Shown here piece by piece: positions 61,620 through 64,000 of a stretch of 64,000 nt of DNA (its first letter is position 1; the number at the start of each line of letters is the position of its first letter). The DNA is taken from positions 96,001-160,000 of IMG/VR virus record IMGVR_UViG_3300044977_000094. One strand, given 5' to 3'. Position numbers and translations under genes: made by a program. A model generated the notes under the pieces. That model had not been told where the DNA came from and searched no databases. It saw only the letters and a list, made by a program, of their open reading frames with translations. Origin of the DNA: a virus.

Positions 61620-62714
61620 TCAGCAGGCGTAGGACACCGGCGGTGTCCACACCTGGCCATCTCCGGCACTGTGACTGGTGGGCGTGTAGGTCAGCGGCGT
61701 GTACAGGTCCCCGGCGGCGGTCTCGTTGCGGGATCCGGTCCACAGGTCGATGCCCTGATAAGGGGTGCCGTCGACGACGGACACGGTCCGCGGCTGGCCT
61801 CCGCAGCTCGTCGCGGACACGTCCCGGCGCCCGGTGGCAGCGGTGCTGCCCGCGGCAACGTCCACCGGCGCCGTATACGGGCCAAGCAGGCTCGACGCGG
61901 TCGCGTAGCCGGTCCCGGTCCCCGCGCAGTAGCCGCAGCCCGGATCCGAGTAGGTGATCACGTAGGTGCCGGAGGCGGTGTCGTAGAAGCCGCCCGGGCC
62001 CTCGATGGAGGACAAGCCGGCGATGTTCGCGGCTCCGCCGCTGCCACCGGTGCCCCACCAGTTCAGCTGCTCCATGGACAGGCTGGCGGCTCCGGGCATC
62101 GTGCAGATCAGCGCCGGGGCCTGCCCTGCCGTCCCGGACTGGACCACCCCGAAGTCACCGTTGCCGGAACAGTAGTTCAAGGAGGGCTTGGTGTACGAGC
62201 CGTGGACGGGGGCCCCGGGACCGCACGGGCCGGCGGGCCCGGTGCAGCCCATGGCGTTGTAGGCGTTGGCGTGGTTCGTCGACCAGTCCTGGGGCGAGTT
62301 GAACCACAGCACGAAGACACCGTCGTTGGCTCCCCAGCCCGTGCGCTGGATCATGCGCGGGTTGAAGCAGCCGAGGCCGTTGCCGCCGCACTCCGTCTGC
62401 CAGCTCGCACCGGTCCACGGGTCGGTGCTGGTCGGGTCGAACAGCAGGGTGGGCGTGGACCACGGGCCGTTCAGGCTGGGGGCGGTGCTGACCTTGAAGC
62501 CGCACCAGGGGGTGTTGGCGATGTACCACTGGTAGCCGCATCCGTAGCTGGTGCCGTAGGCGTAGTAGGTGCCGCCGAAGTCGGCGACCATCCCGTCGTG
62601 CATGTCCAGGGGGATGCTGAACGGTGCGGGCGTCGCGGTGGCGGTGGCGGGCGTTGCCCCGGCCAGGAGGACGCCCAGGACGAGGACCAGGGCGGTGACG
62701 AGGCGGCGCAGCAT
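61620..62714 (-). CDS. Secreted glycoside hydrolase family 43-like (5-bladed beta-propeller) protein
   Basis: Sec signal peptide MLRRLVTALVLVLGVLLAGATPATA; HDG...YYAYGT; FNPR; GDF; IEGP...YVITYS; SSLLGPY; CGGQP. Confidence 0.75.
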   Translation of the reverse strand: MLRRLVTALVLVLGVLLAGATPATATATPAPFSIPLDMHDGMVADFGGTYYAYGTSYGCGYQWYIANTPWCGFKVSTAPSLNGPWSTPTLLFDPTSTDPWTGASWQTECGGNGLGCFNPRMIQRTGWGANDGVFVLWFNSPQDWSTNHANAYNAMGCTGPAGPCGPGAPVHGSYTKPSLNYCSGNGDFGVVQSGTAGQAPALICTMPGAASLSMEQLNWWGTGGSGGAANIAGLSSIEGPGGFYDTASGTYVITYSDPGCGYCAGTGTGYATASSLLGPYTAPVDVAAGSTAATGRRDVSATSCGGQPRTVSVVDGTPYQGIDLWTGSRNETAAGDLYTPLTYTPTSHSAGDGQVWTPPVSYAC

Positions 62715-62725
62715 GCGGGCTCCGA

Positions 62726-63862
62726 TCAGCTGATGCCGTACCAGGTCGACCCGACGCCGCCGGTGATCAGGTTCGTGGCCTGGTTGGAGAGCGTGATGGG
62801 CGTGGGCATCGTGGACTGGCCGCTGCCGTAGTTGGACAACGTCAGGTGCGGCGCCGCCAGGCCCGCGTTGGCGGTGACGCCGCCGCCCGAGGACTTGAGG
62901 GCGAGGACGGTGTAGGTGCCGTTCATGAGCAGGCCGATGAAGTACTCGCCGGGCGGCGCGTTGGTGAACGGGGAGGTGAACGCGATGGTCTTGACCGTGG
63001 CCGTGGTGAAGACGCTGGAGATGTCGGCGGTGACGCACTTCAGGGTGCCGGTGTTGTCGAACACGCCGAGGTAGCTGCCGGTGATGGCGCCGTTGTCGAG
63101 GACGGCGACACCGAAGCTGATGTTGGTCATGGTGATGGTCTTGCGGAGCACCATGCGCTGCAGGAGGAGCTTGCCGCCGGTGGAGCTGCTGGCCAGAACG
63201 GGTGAGGCACTGGCCAGCAGTGGCGGGAACGACTCCCACAGCATGTTGTTGTCGCCCGCGAGGTGGCCCTCTTGGGAGTGGCCGTGGCCGGCGTCGGCGT
63301 AGCGCCCGGTGGATCCGGTCGAGGTGGTGGAGCCGACGATGGTGATGTCGCCGGACTGGCCGGTGACCGGGATCTGGTTGAAGGCGGCCGCGTCCTGTGC
63401 GCCGGATCCGTTGGCCAGCGACGTGATCTTCTGGCCGTCGAGGCTGACCGGCTCGGTGAAGACGTTGCTGCCGGACCAGGTGTTGTTGCCGCCCAGCGCC
63501 CCGAACTCGGACAGGCTGCCTGCGGGGGAGACAGGGCTGATGCTGGACAGGTCGACGGGGCTGTCGGCCTGGGGCAGCAGGATGCTGTAGGTGCGGCCGA
63601 CGGGTGCGAGCTGGCTGCCGAGGCGCTCGACGACGGTGTAGGTCCAGCCGGTGGGGGACACAGCGGACGCGTCGGTGGCGACCAGGGAGAGGCTGAACGA
63701 TCCGGTGCCGTCGAGGGTGGCGGTGACCGGGCCGCTCTGGATGATCAGATTGTTGCTGGACGACTGGAGGGTCGTACTCGGGGTGATGGTGACGGTGCCG
63801 GTCTCCGGGCTGCCGTTCGCGGTCTGGTAGTGGCCGGTGAGGGTGACCATGGGCAGCGTCAT
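62726..63862 (-). CDS. Fibre/appendage-like structural protein upstream of terminase
   Basis: N-terminal TG.Y...G.P.TG.V...ATLD..G.FS..L.ATD...GWTYTVVE; KITSLANG...DAA fibre repeat; GAGGAG RBS. Confidence 0.7.
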   Translation of the reverse strand: MTLPMVTLTGHYQTANGSPETGTVTITPSTTLQSSSNNLIIQSGPVTATLDGTGSFSLSLVATDASAVSPTGWTYTVVERLGSQLAPVGRTYSILLPQADSPVDLSSISPVSPAGSLSEFGALGGNNTWSGSNVFTEPVSLDGQKITSLANGSGAQDAAAFNQIPVTGQSGDITIVGSTTSTGSTGRYADAGHGHSQEGHLAGDNNMLWESFPPLLASASPVLASSSTGGKLLLQRMVLRKTITMTNISFGVAVLDNGAITGSYLGVFDNTGTLKCVTADISSVFTTATVKTIAFTSPFTNAPPGEYFIGLLMNGTYTVLALKSSGGGVTANAGLAAPHLTLSNYGSGQSTMPTPITLSNQATNLITGGVGSTWYGIS

Positions 63863-64000
63863 GTGGCTCCTCGGTGCGTGGGCAGCGAGGAGCCACCAGG
63901 TGGTCGACCGGGAAGCGGTCAGATGGGGTCGGGCAGGAACTCGGCGCCGGGGCCGCGGGCGGGGCAGTGGCCTTTGACGTGCCACCACTTGGTCTCGCCG

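Larger units (their letters stand above)
1..64000. mobile_element. Temperate siphovirus-type actinophage genome, near complete, in non-integrated gene order
   Basis: Terminase, portal, capsid, tail tube, tape measure, endolysin, serine integrase, repressor and replication genes are all present; no host housekeeping genes seen. Confidence 0.95.

Noticed and set aside
61620-63896. 758-aa ORF from the track as a single protein
   Set aside because: The first 394 codons are an off-frame overlap with the fibre gene; the real start is the signal-peptide Met at 62714 with its own RBS.

Overview
The whole window (about 70% GC) reads as a near-complete genome of a temperate, long-tailed actinophage. 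The host is most likely in the Streptomycetaceae, inferred from GC content, WhiB, HU, Streptomyces-type XRE regulators and the endolysin cell-wall-binding domain. Almost all genes are on the minus strand. Right to left the order is: pre-terminase fibre-like gene and a secreted GH43-like hydrolase; terminase, portal, four small low-complexity proteins, minor capsid, scaffold and major capsid; head-tail genes, an inverted HNH endonuclease, tail tube, frameshifting tail chaperone, tape measure, baseplate genes and a beta-helix tailspike; an expanded lysis region; accessory cassettes (XRE-ImmA/IrrE two-gene operon, XRE-TPR plus GNAT); a large serine integrase; a repressor/Cro switch; recombination and replication genes (exonuclease, RusA, replication initiator with iterons); an RHH-controlled divergent switch; a C5 DNA methyltransferase; and a run of small Cys-rich genes. 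Phage genes flank the integrase on both sides, so this looks like the non-integrated arrangement. The best candidate for an undescribed system is a translationally coupled trio inside the lysis cassette: a His-rich HNH-like protein, a minimal VIT1/CCC1-type metal transporter and a low-affinity iron permease (Fet4/DUF1003)-like protein, followed by a papain-type cysteine peptidase. All family assignments come from motifs recognised by eye; no database searches were run.
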